64,000 nucleotides of DNA, from positions 7,140-71,139 of the forward strand of contig SVDS01000006.1 of NCBI GenBank assembly GCA_015057715.1. Direction: 5' to 3'. The DNA comes from Paenibacillaceae bacterium. Its GTDB lineage: Bacteria > Bacillota > Clostridia > Lachnospirales > Lachnospiraceae. The translations under genes and the position numbers were made by a program. A model generated the notes under the pieces. The model searched no databases. It saw only the letters and a list, made by a program, of their open reading frames with translations, and was not told the origin of the DNA. Each line of letters starts with the position of its first letter. Positions within the stretch are counted from its first letter, which is position 1. Positions 28,419-37,358 of the stretch are shown in pieces.

Positions 28419-29110
28419 AATTCATAAACTTTCAGATTTCTGTAATCAGCAGTCAGCGGAGCCAGTTGACGAAATCCAATTTTTCCGCCTTTTAACGGCT
28501 TTCCAAACAATTCCAGCTCATCATTATATTCAAACACAGTCATATCATTAATGGAAAATCGAATATCTCCATGATATTTACGTATGGATATCCGGTAAAA
28601 ATCCAGTGCATCTGCTGCACCGGGCAACGGGTCCGCCCCTTGTGCAACCAGGTGAAAGCCATGGCTTTTTCTTAAATTGCAGGTATGAAACGCTCTCTCA
28701 TCTGGTTCTTTTCTGCGAAAATAAGATACGTGAAATGCATTGATGTCACCGCTGTGATACTGGGGGTACTCTCCCGTTCGTTCTGCCAGGGAGGAATCAA
28801 ATAAATCTTCCCCGCTGCGCCCTTTTGCAGCAAAAAATAAAATGCAAAGCCCCTGATCTGTAACCGGCTTAAATTCCCATGTAATTTTAACATTTTCCGG
28901 AAATTCTTTCGGACACCACAAAACGTAATTGGCTTTTTGTCCTAACTCCTCATCAAGACTGTTTTTTAAACGCATACTGCCTTCTTCAAAACTTATTGAT
29001 GCCTTTCCTTCTACCACGAAGCCTTCGATATCTTCCGGTCTGGAAAGGGGATTGTCGTAAATTAACCTTTCTTCAATCAGTTGAACGTAACCCGTCGTTT
29101 CTTTCTTCAT
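28412..29110 (-). CDS. DUF1961-family protein (YesU-like, concanavalin-type fold)
   Basis: 232 aa. FFAAKGRSGEDLFD...RTGEYPQYHSGDINAFHVSYFRRK...ERAFHTCNLRKSHGFHLVAQGADPLP matches my recollection of B. subtilis YesU. Its 3' end overlaps the start of the yesS-like gene by 7 nt. Confidence 0.7.
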   Translation of the reverse strand: MKKETTGYVQLIEERLIYDNPLSRPEDIEGFVVEGKASISFEEGSMRLKNSLDEELGQKANYVLWCPKEFPENVKITWEFKPVTDQGLCILFFAAKGRSGEDLFDSSLAERTGEYPQYHSGDINAFHVSYFRRKEPDERAFHTCNLRKSHGFHLVAQGADPLPGAADALDFYRISIRKYHGDIRFSINDMTVFEYNDELELFGKPLKGGKIGFRQLAPLTADYRNLKVYELC

Positions 29111-29303
29111 GCGATTCCCTCCATAAGCACCTTTCTCATGATACTAACCAGTTTATTATACAACCGCTTTCCATTATTCTCAACTCGTTTTCCCCGGCTG
29201 CATCTAAAATTTACACACCAAAGATGTGAATCTCATCTTTCCATATCTGGTCGAATATGGTAAACTGTGATACAGAGTTTTGTACGAAAGGAGAATCGCA
29301 TGC

Positions 29304-30635
29304 ATGCAGGTTCAGTACACCAAAGATATTAATAACGAGAGCATTTTAAACATCATTCGCCGTTTCTGCAATTACATAGATCCACGGCTTACAGAGCATG
29401 GTTCCCATGTGTCTTATATTGTTTTCCAGATGCTTAGAGAAACTGGTCGTTTTACAAAAGAAGAACTGAGAAACATCTGCTTTGTGGCTCAGCTTCATGA
29501 TGTGGGAGCCTACAAGACAGAAGAGATCTCCCGAATGCTTCAGTTTGAAACAAAAGATGTCTGGGACCATTCTTTTTATGGATATCTTTTTATCCGTTAC
29601 TTCTCGCCCTTAAAGGATTTCGCTCCCGCAGTACTCCTGCACCATCTCAACTGGGATTTTTTGGAAAAACAAAGCAGCCTGGATTCTTTAATGAAGGATT
29701 TGGGACAGCTGATCCATATAGCAGACCGAATCGATGTATTAATGTCTCTGCAGAATTGTTCCTGGAAGGAGACACTTTCCTTACTGAAAAAAGACCAGGG
29801 AACCGTTTATGCCACCCATATTATAGAACTGGCGGAAAAACTGGATTTTAAAAATTCCATTGAGGAAGAATGGAAAGCGGATAGTCAGTTTAATCAGTTT
29901 CTTACCGGAATCCCACTGTCAGGAGAGGCGATTACTGATTATTTAAAAATGCTGGTTTTTATTATCGATTTCAGAAGCCACTATACCGTCACCCACACCA
30001 TCACTACCACTAGCATCAGCTACGAACTGGGAAAACTTCTTTCCTATCCGGAAGACCGTTTAAATGTAATTCTCTGCGGCGCTCTCCTTCACGATCTGGG
30101 GAAAATAGCAGTCCCGGTAGAGATACTTGAATACCCCGGTAAACTAAGCCGACAGGCAATGACTATCATGCGGACTCATGTTGGTTACACGAAAGAGATC
30201 TTTGGCGGAAGCATCGACGAAGCAGTGGAACGGATTGCTCTGCGCCACCATGAAAAGTTAAACGGTACCGGCTATCCAGATGGTCTTTTTGCAAAGGATT
30301 TATCAAAAGAAGAACGCCTGGTTGCCATCGCAGATATTATCAGTGCACTTACGGGAACGAGAAGTTATAAGGAATCCTATCCATTGGAAAAAATAACAAC
30401 CATCCTGGAAAGCATGAAAAACGACCAGCTTGTGGATCCGGATATTGTAACGATCGCAGTTACCAATCTGGATTCCATTCTTGAAACAACAGCGGTCCGC
30501 TGCAGGCCCATCCTTCGTATCTATGAAAAGCTGAAAAATGAATACCAGTATCTGTTAGGTCTTACCACTGACGACGATAAACTAAATTTCGCACTTTCTA
30601 TAAAAAAACAGGAAAAGGCTGCGTTGTGGCCATAA
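29304..30635 (+). CDS. HD-GYP domain protein (putative c-di-GMP phosphodiesterase) with an additional degenerate N-terminal HD domain
   Basis: The C-terminal domain has HDLGKIAVP ... HHEKLNGTGYPDG. The N-terminal domain has H..HV...LHDVGAY but no GYP. Start set at the ATG at 29304 after AGGAGA. Confidence 0.8.
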   Translation: MQVQYTKDINNESILNIIRRFCNYIDPRLTEHGSHVSYIVFQMLRETGRFTKEELRNICFVAQLHDVGAYKTEEISRMLQFETKDVWDHSFYGYLFIRYFSPLKDFAPAVLLHHLNWDFLEKQSSLDSLMKDLGQLIHIADRIDVLMSLQNCSWKETLSLLKKDQGTVYATHIIELAEKLDFKNSIEEEWKADSQFNQFLTGIPLSGEAITDYLKMLVFIIDFRSHYTVTHTITTTSISYELGKLLSYPEDRLNVILCGALLHDLGKIAVPVEILEYPGKLSRQAMTIMRTHVGYTKEIFGGSIDEAVERIALRHHEKLNGTGYPDGLFAKDLSKEERLVAIADIISALTGTRSYKESYPLEKITTILESMKNDQLVDPDIVTIAVTNLDSILETTAVRCRPILRIYEKLKNEYQYLLGLTTDDDKLNFALSIKKQEKAALWP

Positions 30636-30677
30636 AAAAGGGCTGTATCCGTTTCATATGGATACAGCCCTTTCTCT
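30636..30677. terminator. Bidirectional terminator between the HD-GYP gene and tyrS
   Basis: Stem gggctgtatcc (30640-30650) / ggatacagccc (30660-30670), flanked by an A-run and a T-run. Confidence 0.75.
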
Positions 30678-30693
30678 CTATACTAATACATGA

Positions 30694-31914
30694 TTATTTA
30701 GCAATCACTTTCACAAACTTCTTCTTACCCCGACGCACAACAGCTCCGTCAGTCAGCTGTTCTCTGGTATAGGAAGCTTTTATGTCATTCACGGTCTCTC
30801 CCTCTACGGTAACTCCGCCCTGTTCCACATTCCGTCTTGCTTCTGAACGGGAGGGTGCCAGTCCTGATTTCTGGAGAATGGTCAAAATATCAACACTGCC
30901 GTCTGTAAAATCAGCTTCATCAAGCTCACATAATGGCATATTTTCTGCATTACCGCCTGTAAACAGCTCTCTTGCGCTCTTTTTCGCCTTCTCTGCCTCT
31001 TCTTCCCCATGTACCAGCTTGGTCAGCTCATAAGCTAGAATTTCTTTTGCCTCGTTTAACTGGCTGCCTTCCCAGCTATCCATCTCATCGATCTGGCTTA
31101 AAGGAAGGAAGGTAAGCATACGCAGACATTTTAATACATCCGCATCGGCAATATTTCTCCAGTACTGGAAGAAATCAAATGGAGAAGTCTTTTCCGGATC
31201 AAGCCACACAGCCCCGGACTGGGTCTTTCCCATCTTCTTGCCTTCTGAGTTTAACAGCAGGGTGATGGTCATTGCGTGGGCATCCTTACCAAGCTTTCTG
31301 CGGATCAGTTCGGTTCCTCCAAGCATGTTGCTCCACTGATCATCTCCGCCGAACTGCATGTTGCAACCATGGCGCTGGAACAGCTCGTAGAAATCGTAGC
31401 TCTGCATGATCATATAGTTAAATTCCAGGAAGCTTAATCCTTTTTCCATACGCTGTTTGTAGCATTCTGCACTGAGCATCCGGTTTACTGAGAAATGTGG
31501 ACCGATTTCCCGCAGGAATTCAACGTAATTTAGATCCAACAGCCAGTCCGCATTGTTTACCATCATTGCTTTTCCTTCAGAAAAGTCAATAAAACGGCTC
31601 ATCTGCTGTTTAAAGCATTCACAGTTATGGGCAATGGTTTCCACTGTCATCATCTGACGCATGTCGCTTCTTCCGGATGGATCGCCAACCATAGCGGTTC
31701 CTCCGCCGATTAAAGCGATTGGTTTATTTCCTGCCTCCTGCAGACGTTTCATTAAACACAGAGCCATAAAATGTCCCACATGGAGACTGTCTGCTGTTGG
31801 GTCAAATCCAATATAAAATACTGCCTTTCCTTCATTGACCATTTTGCTGATCTCTTCTTCGTTGGTCACCTGGGCAATCAGCCCTCTGGCTTTCAGTTCT
31901 TCGTAGATTGTCAT
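30694..31914 (-). CDS. tyrS: Tyrosine--tRNA ligase
   Basis: 406 aa. HIGH-type motif [15 protein letters not shown]-type KMGKT and a C-terminal S4 domain. Confidence 0.95.
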   Translation of the reverse strand: MTIYEELKARGLIAQVTNEEEISKMVNEGKAVFYIGFDPTADSLHVGHFMALCLMKRLQEAGNKPIALIGGGTAMVGDPSGRSDMRQMMTVETIAHNCECFKQQMSRFIDFSEGKAMMVNNADWLLDLNYVEFLREIGPHFSVNRMLSAECYKQRMEKGLSFLEFNYMIMQSYDFYELFQRHGCNMQFGGDDQWSNMLGGTELIRRKLGKDAHAMTITLLLNSEGKKMGKTQSGAVWLDPEKTSPFDFFQYWRNIADADVLKCLRMLTFLPLSQIDEMDSWEGSQLNEAKEILAYELTKLVHGEEEAEKAKKSARELFTGGNAENMPLCELDEADFTDGSVDILTILQKSGLAPSRSEARRNVEQGGVTVEGETVNDIKASYTREQLTDGAVVRRGKKKFVKVIAK

Positions 31915-31924
31915 TCCAATTCTC

Positions 31925-32225
31925 CTTTACAAAAAAATAAACCCCGTCCTGTTAAAAGGACGAGGTTAAAATCTCGCGTTACCACCTTTTTTCATAAACA
32001 GCTCACGCTGCTTATCTCTTCAAGTACCGTCTGATACTCTAGCACAATAACGGGTGCAGGAATCCGTCGCCGCCTACTGGGCAATCATGCCTTTGGGAGC
32101 GAAGCTCAAAGATGTATTCGCAGTCCGTTTTCCATGCGCCTTTCATCAACCGGCTGCTTTCTGTCTGGTTTTACGTACTGTTACTTGTTCTTATCAATGC
32201 TTTTGTTTATATATGAAGTTAGTTT
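31925..32225 (-). promoter_or_regulatory. T-box leader of tyrS with Tyr (UAC) specifier
   Basis: Minus-strand GGTGGTAACGCGAG (31986-31973). Terminator CCTCGTCCT-TTTAAC-AGGACGGGG plus a T-run (31965-31931). F-box CCGTTA. Specifier-loop GAA-TAC-A (TAC = 32116-32114). Promoter TTGACA (32256-32251)-17-TATACT (32233-32228). Confidence 0.9.
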
Positions 32226-32298
32226 TTAGTATATGAGGTTTCCTTTTATTTGTCAAGATCCTTTTTGTTAAAGCAGTTTCCGCAAAAAAACCAAATAA

Positions 32299-33063
32299 TT
32301 ATGAAATAATATCATGGATCTGACTAAGCATCTTTTTTAAACTGCCCGCATCAATCTGTCCAGGTGCCGATTCTTTTCCAACAGCAGCAAAGGTCAGTGC
32401 AGATCCAAAAAATTCACCAGAAAAACGGCTGATCACACCCTCCTTTGACATAGACATTGTTATGACAGGCCGGTCTGAAATATACCGGGACATCTCATAG
32501 GTTGCTATCAGAAGCACCATAACATCCTCCACGTTTTGAGGCATTACAGCAATTTTAGGAATGTCTGCGCCCAGTTCAATCATCAGCTTCACACGGCGAA
32601 ACAGTTCCTCTTTTTCCGGTGTTTTCTGAAAATCATGATTGGAAGCTATGACACAGACTCCAAGCCTGTGAGCTTCTTCCACAAGAATCTTTGCAGCTTC
32701 TTCATCAAAAAACAATTCTACATCGATAATATCCACATAACCGGAGCGGATCAGAGCAAGATTTAAATCAATATACTGCTTTACATTGATTTTCTTTTCT
32801 CCACCCTCTTTTGCAGTCCGAAAGGTTGCAAGAAGAGGAACTTCCTTCAATGCTTTCCGGATACACCCTGCTGCTTCCACAACTTTACTGATTTCATATG
32901 CCTCATCGAACCAGTCAATCCGCCATTCCGCTATATCAGCTCCGCCTGCTTCCAGGTTTTCGGCAAATGTCACCGCATCTTTTAGTTTTATTTCAACAAT
33001 CGGAACGCATACCTTGGGCATACCTTCACCAATGACCACATCTCTTACTCTGACCGTCTTCAT
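32299..33063 (-). CDS. aroD: Type I 3-dehydroquinate dehydratase
   Basis: 254 aa. PKVCVPI, AEWRIDWF, TFRTAKEGG and the KIAVMP lysine block are typical of AroD. No other aro genes lie nearby. Confidence 0.85.
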   Translation of the reverse strand: MKTVRVRDVVIGEGMPKVCVPIVEIKLKDAVTFAENLEAGGADIAEWRIDWFDEAYEISKVVEAAGCIRKALKEVPLLATFRTAKEGGEKKINVKQYIDLNLALIRSGYVDIIDVELFFDEEAAKILVEEAHRLGVCVIASNHDFQKTPEKEELFRRVKLMIELGADIPKIAVMPQNVEDVMVLLIATYEMSRYISDRPVITMSMSKEGVISRFSGEFFGSALTFAAVGKESAPGQIDAGSLKKMLSQIHDIIS

Positions 33064-33184
33064 CCTGTATTCCTTTCCTTATCCTACAGAGTTCCCCTAA
33101 ATTATTTTTTCTATTATAACGTTGAACTGCAAATAGATCAAATACATTTTCTTCAAAAAAGTAAATTCGGCTGGGAAAAAGCAT

Positions 33185-33214
33185 ATAATAAAAGCGCCGG
33201 AATGTTTCCAGCGC
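33185..33214 (-). terminator. Terminator after the flavoprotein reductase gene
   Basis: Minus strand reads GCGCTGGAA-ACA-TTCCGGCGC followed by TTTTATTAT. Confidence 0.65.
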
Positions 33215-33241
33215 TCTATTTATTACTATTATAGTAAAGAA

Positions 33242-35086
33242 TTATTTTGCTTTTTCAAGAGCCGCTGCAACCGCTTCTTTTATACCTTTGGAAGAGTTTG
33301 TCGCTCCTGATACTCCATCTACAGTAGTACTCTGGGTTTTGATGATGGCAGATGTGACCGTCTTTTCTGCTGCCTCATAGATTCCAGGAGTCTCATGATG
33401 ATCTGTCAATTCTATAGAGGTCACACTTCCGTCTTTTACAACTACTTCAACTGTAATATCACCGTTATTCCCTTTTCCTGCTCCTGTATAGGTTCCGTCC
33501 TTATAATTACCCTTTACTTCTGGCTGTGCTGCCTCCTCTTCACCTGCAGCCTTCATGGTTTTCTCCGTAAACCCGCCATTTTTCATAACATAGTCATACG
33601 CAGCATTTCCTGCCAGTCTTCCGAAAACCACAATATCAGTCACTGCGTTTCCTCCCAGCCGGTTTGCTCCATGAACGCCTCCAACTACCTCTCCGGCTGC
33701 AAAAAGTCCTGGGATTGCATTTCCATCCTCTTTTAGAACCTGGGTAGCTGTATCAATCCTTACTCCGCCCATGGTATGATGAACCGCTGGAGCGCACAGT
33801 CCGGCGTAATAAGGAGGCATGTTTAATGGAACTTCCATGCTTTCTCTTCCAAATTCTGTATCCTTGCCACCTGTCTGATACGCTGCATACTGTTCCAGTG
33901 TGGCTTTCAGCTGATCCTTATCAACACCGATTGCCTCCGCCAGCTCTTCTGGAGTGTCTGCCTGGGTAATGATGCCCTGACCAATATATTTTTCAATAGC
34001 AGATAAGCTTTCTCTTACAGACTGGTCAAATACCATAAAACAGGTTTTTCCTTCCTGATTTAAAATGGCCTCTGAAACCACATCTCTGGTTTCCAGTTCA
34101 TTGACAAAACGCATTCCGGACCGGTTGACTAAAATTGCTCCGTTTCCACGTACGCCTTCTGTGTACATGGTGGTTGTATCCGGATTCACGGTTGGGTGAG
34201 TCTGGATCTGATCAATATCTACAAGTCCTGCCTTCAGCTCTTCCGCCATAACAATTCCGTCACCAGTGGCACCGGATTGATTGGTGGTGCAAAAACCGTC
34301 CAGATCTTTTCTGTATTTTACCACCAGTTCAGAATTGGCTCCAAAACCTCCAGATGCCAAAATTACAGCCTTACAAGAAATAGTATAAGGCTCTCCACCC
34401 TTTGTTGCCGCCTGCACTCCCACCACGGCGCCCTCTTCGTTCAGTAAAATATGTACTGCTTCCGTCTCTAAAAATACAGGTACATCTAATTCCTTCAGCT
34501 TCGCATTAAGAGCATTTACAAGCATGGGACCCACTGCCGATGTATCAGAAGGCCGGTGGATTCTCTTAACACTGGCTCCGCCGAACTGCCCTACTACCGA
34601 TAAATCTCCGCCTATTTCGTTGACCCATGTAACTGCGTCTGCTGATTGCTCTGCCATTACCTGTACAAGCTTTGGATCATTTAAATTTTTGCCGCCCTTC
34701 ATGGTGTCTTCCACAAACAGCTCAATGGAATCTTCAATTCCATCAGCCTTCTGGTACGGTGTTTCAGCTGCATTTAAACCACCCGTGGCACGGACGGTAT
34801 TTCCCCCTGTAATGGGCATTTTTTCTAATACAATCAGATTTGTAGCTCCTTTTTGTGTGGCTTCAACAGCCGCTGTCATACCGGCTCCCCCCGCTCCGAT
34901 TATAACAATATCTGCCTGTTTTTCGTTTTCTTTTGATTCATGTTCCAGCGTGCCTTCAGCTGCCGCTTCCTGAACATTCTTTTTCCCGGATTTGTCCAGA
35001 CTGGTATAAGCCGGACCAGATAATACAATTACAGCTGCTGCCGCTGCTGCCATTGCAGCAACACCCACAAATATTCCTTTTTTCAT
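33242..35086 (-). CDS. Membrane-anchored FAD-dependent reductase (fumarate/urocanate reductase flavoprotein family) with C-terminal FMN_bind domain
   Basis: 614 aa. N-terminal hydrophobic anchor GIFVGVAAMAAAAAAVIVL. Dinucleotide fold DIVIIGAGGAGMTAAVEA. HPTV / HHTMGGVRID active-site-like blocks. C-terminal FMN_bind with VDGVSGATNSS (flavinylation-type motif). Confidence 0.8.
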   Translation of the reverse strand: MKKGIFVGVAAMAAAAAAVIVLSGPAYTSLDKSGKKNVQEAAAEGTLEHESKENEKQADIVIIGAGGAGMTAAVEATQKGATNLIVLEKMPITGGNTVRATGGLNAAETPYQKADGIEDSIELFVEDTMKGGKNLNDPKLVQVMAEQSADAVTWVNEIGGDLSVVGQFGGASVKRIHRPSDTSAVGPMLVNALNAKLKELDVPVFLETEAVHILLNEEGAVVGVQAATKGGEPYTISCKAVILASGGFGANSELVVKYRKDLDGFCTTNQSGATGDGIVMAEELKAGLVDIDQIQTHPTVNPDTTTMYTEGVRGNGAILVNRSGMRFVNELETRDVVSEAILNQEGKTCFMVFDQSVRESLSAIEKYIGQGIITQADTPEELAEAIGVDKDQLKATLEQYAAYQTGGKDTEFGRESMEVPLNMPPYYAGLCAPAVHHTMGGVRIDTATQVLKEDGNAIPGLFAAGEVVGGVHGANRLGGNAVTDIVVFGRLAGNAAYDYVMKNGGFTEKTMKAAGEEEAAQPEVKGNYKDGTYTGAGKGNNGDITVEVVVKDGSVTSIELTDHHETPGIYEAAEKTVTSAIIKTQSTTVDGVSGATNSSKGIKEAVAAALEKAK

Positions 35087-35232
35087 ATCATTCTCCTCAC
35101 TTTTTCGCTGTTAATAACAGTTTTTTAAGTTAATTAATTGCATGAAAACTTTGATAATAATTTATCATACATTGTTCACTTTAAAAAGTTTTGGAATGTA
35201 AAGAAGACCTTTTGTAAGTAAAAAAAGAGAGA

Positions 35233-37011
35233 TTAACCATTAATATCTTTTAATTCTTCATGATACATCTCCCTATAAATGGAGCAGTCTTTCATTAATT
35301 TATCATGGCTACCAACTCCAACTATTTCACCACCTTCTAATACAACTATTTTAGTGGCATTTTTTGCGATTTTAACTCTATGAGTGATATAAATTCCAAT
35401 TTTGTCTTTACTTATATCAAAAAAACTTTTAAATATTTTCATTTCAGCCATTGCATCCAAAGCAGAACTTGGTTCATCAAGTAAAATAACATCTGCTTTT
35501 CTGTAATATGCTCTAGCTAAAGCTATTTTTTGCCATTGTCCTCCTGAAAGCTGACTTCCATTGTCAAACCAATTTCCTAAAGTCTTATTCAAATCATAAT
35601 AACCATTACTTTTCAAGAAATTTACGTTTGCTTTATTTAACGCCACATAAATTTCATCTGGATTTGCTTGCTTCGTAATATCTCCAATTACAATATTCTC
35701 TTCCAATGATCCTTCAAACTTTAAAAAATCTTGAAATAAAACTGATGTTCTTTTTCTATACGATTCAACGTCATATTCATTTATGTCTTGACCATTGACA
35801 AAAAAACAGCCCCTTGTTGATTTATAAAGTCCACAAATGATTTTGAATAATGTACTCTTTCCTGATCCATTTTTCCCGACTATAGCAATTTGTTCTCCTA
35901 TGTTGAGTTTTAAAGTAACATTCCTTAAAACATCGTCAAATTCAGGATAATCGTATCCTACTCCAGATAATTCCAATGAAGAAATTCTTTCTATTTTTAT
36001 TTTTGTTTCATTAACAACTTCTTCACCTTCTAAATTATTTAAAAATTCTTCTAATAATCGAATATACAAATTTGAATTATAAATAGTATAAATTCCTGAT
36101 GCCAAAGCATTTGTAGATCCTTGAACCATATTGATTGCATTTAAAAATGACATAGCTGTTCCAATCATTATAGAACCAATGTAAGCAGCATGAATTGCCA
36201 AAATCATTGTTACCAGACTAAATACATCTTGTATAAGAGCAATTGATATATTTAGGGCCGTTTTAAATTTCTCAATTTGATTTGATTGAGTAATAAAAAT
36301 ATTACTTAATTCTATATATTTATTTATAAAGTGGTTTTTTAGTCCAAAAGACTTTATCTCTTTAAAAGCAGTGTCATGAGTTAAAAGATAAGAATAGTAC
36401 CATGATTCTCTTTCCTTATCACTTCTTTTATATTTAATAATAAATTCTTTATCGCCTATAATTATCTCACCTGCAAACATTGAAAGAGAAATGACAAGGA
36501 GAATAACTTCTATCCAAACATTCCAGGAAATCAATATTATAGAAGCTAATATGGCGGATACTACATTAGAAAAAATACTCATAATTGCCTGTAAAGTCTG
36601 ATATGGCTTTGTAGCTATATCTTGCTCCAGACGTGCTATTGTATCATATGTCTCTGTTCTCTCAAGCGTTTCCAGGGATAATTTTGAACACTTCTCAATA
36701 ATGATTTTATTAATTCCATACTGCAATATGTTATTAAGTTTGTTTAATGTATAACCATTTATATTTTGTAATATTGTCCCTATACCAGATATTGCAAAAT
36801 ATATAATGATTAATTGTAATAAATTATTAAATGGTTTTTTTAGTAGTTGTATTTCATTAATAATTCTTTGACTTAACAAGAGTGTGGCAATAGGAAACCC
36901 TCCATTTATAAGTGATAGTATTAAAGAAAAAATAAACGTTTTTTTATTTATTTTACAAAGCAACCGAATCGTGTATATAAATAATCTTATATTGCTTTTA
37001 AATTTATTCAT
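35233..37011 (-). CDS. ABC exporter, fused TMD-NBD half transporter (peptide/bacteriocin-export type, no C39 peptidase domain)
   Basis: 592 aa. Six N-terminal TM helices begin at residue about 25. Walker A GKNGSGKST, signature LSGGQWQ, Walker B ILLDEPSSALD. Very AT-rich. RBS GAGGA. Confidence 0.85.
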   Translation of the reverse strand: MNKFKSNIRLFIYTIRLLCKINKKTFIFSLILSLINGGFPIATLLLSQRIINEIQLLKKPFNNLLQLIIIYFAISGIGTILQNINGYTLNKLNNILQYGINKIIIEKCSKLSLETLERTETYDTIARLEQDIATKPYQTLQAIMSIFSNVVSAILASIILISWNVWIEVILLVISLSMFAGEIIIGDKEFIIKYKRSDKERESWYYSYLLTHDTAFKEIKSFGLKNHFINKYIELSNIFITQSNQIEKFKTALNISIALIQDVFSLVTMILAIHAAYIGSIMIGTAMSFLNAINMVQGSTNALASGIYTIYNSNLYIRLLEEFLNNLEGEEVVNETKIKIERISSLELSGVGYDYPEFDDVLRNVTLKLNIGEQIAIVGKNGSGKSTLFKIICGLYKSTRGCFFVNGQDINEYDVESYRKRTSVLFQDFLKFEGSLEENIVIGDITKQANPDEIYVALNKANVNFLKSNGYYDLNKTLGNWFDNGSQLSGGQWQKIALARAYYRKADVILLDEPSSALDAMAEMKIFKSFFDISKDKIGIYITHRVKIAKNATKIVVLEGGEIVGVGSHDKLMKDCSIYREMYHEELKDING

Positions 37012-37040
37012 TATAATCCTCAGATATTATTATTTGGTTA

Positions 37041-37086
37041 GAAAGAGGTAGCATCTGAGAAAATTCTCAGATGCTACTGTCTTTCA
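37041..37086 (-). terminator. Stem-loop between the peptide gene and the exporter gene (partial terminator, attenuator or processing site)
   Basis: 12-bp perfect core stem gtagcatctgag (37048-37059) / ctcagatgctac (37066-37077), extendable by gaaaga/tctttc. Begins 13 nt after the peptide stop. No strong T-run follows. Confidence 0.5.
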
Positions 37087-37098
37087 ACGGCAAGTCAA

Positions 37099-37296
37099 TT
37101 ATGATGAGGACCGCACGGTTTTAATAGACTTTACTCTATTTCCTGTGCGATATTCACCACTACCACCACAGCCACAGCCACAATGAACGCAGCCATCATC
37201 ATTGCCTCTGTATCCAGCATATCCGCTAGAACATGTACATGCTTGAGGCTGAATACCACTTCCTGGGTTTCTCCCAATTGGATTGATGAATTTCAT
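37099..37296 (-). CDS. 65-aa Cys/Gly-rich candidate RiPP precursor peptide
   Basis: ATG at 37296 lies 7 nt after AAGGAGA. Sequence: MKFINPIGRNPGSGIQPQACTCSSGYAGYRGNDDGCVHCGCGCGGSGEYRTGNRVKSIKTVRSSS, with Cys at 20, 22, 36, 39, 41 and 43. Located 62 nt downstream of the radical SAM gene and followed by a hairpin and an ABC exporter. Confidence 0.7.
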   Translation of the reverse strand: MKFINPIGRNPGSGIQPQACTCSSGYAGYRGNDDGCVHCGCGCGGSGEYRTGNRVKSIKTVRSSS

Positions 37297-37358
37297 AGTT
37301 AATTCTCCTTTCCATTTCATTCTAAATACATTTATGTAAAACAAACGTATTTGACTAA

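Noticed and set aside
32054-32236. 60-aa ORF upstream of tyrS.
   Set aside because: It lies inside the tyrS T-box leader (specifier loop, F-box, promoter).
37297-37344. The 81-aa version of the small ORF (start at 37344).
   Set aside because: The upstream Met codons have no RBS. The internal ATG at 37296 has AAGGAGA at ideal spacing, so the extra 16 residues are probably untranslated.
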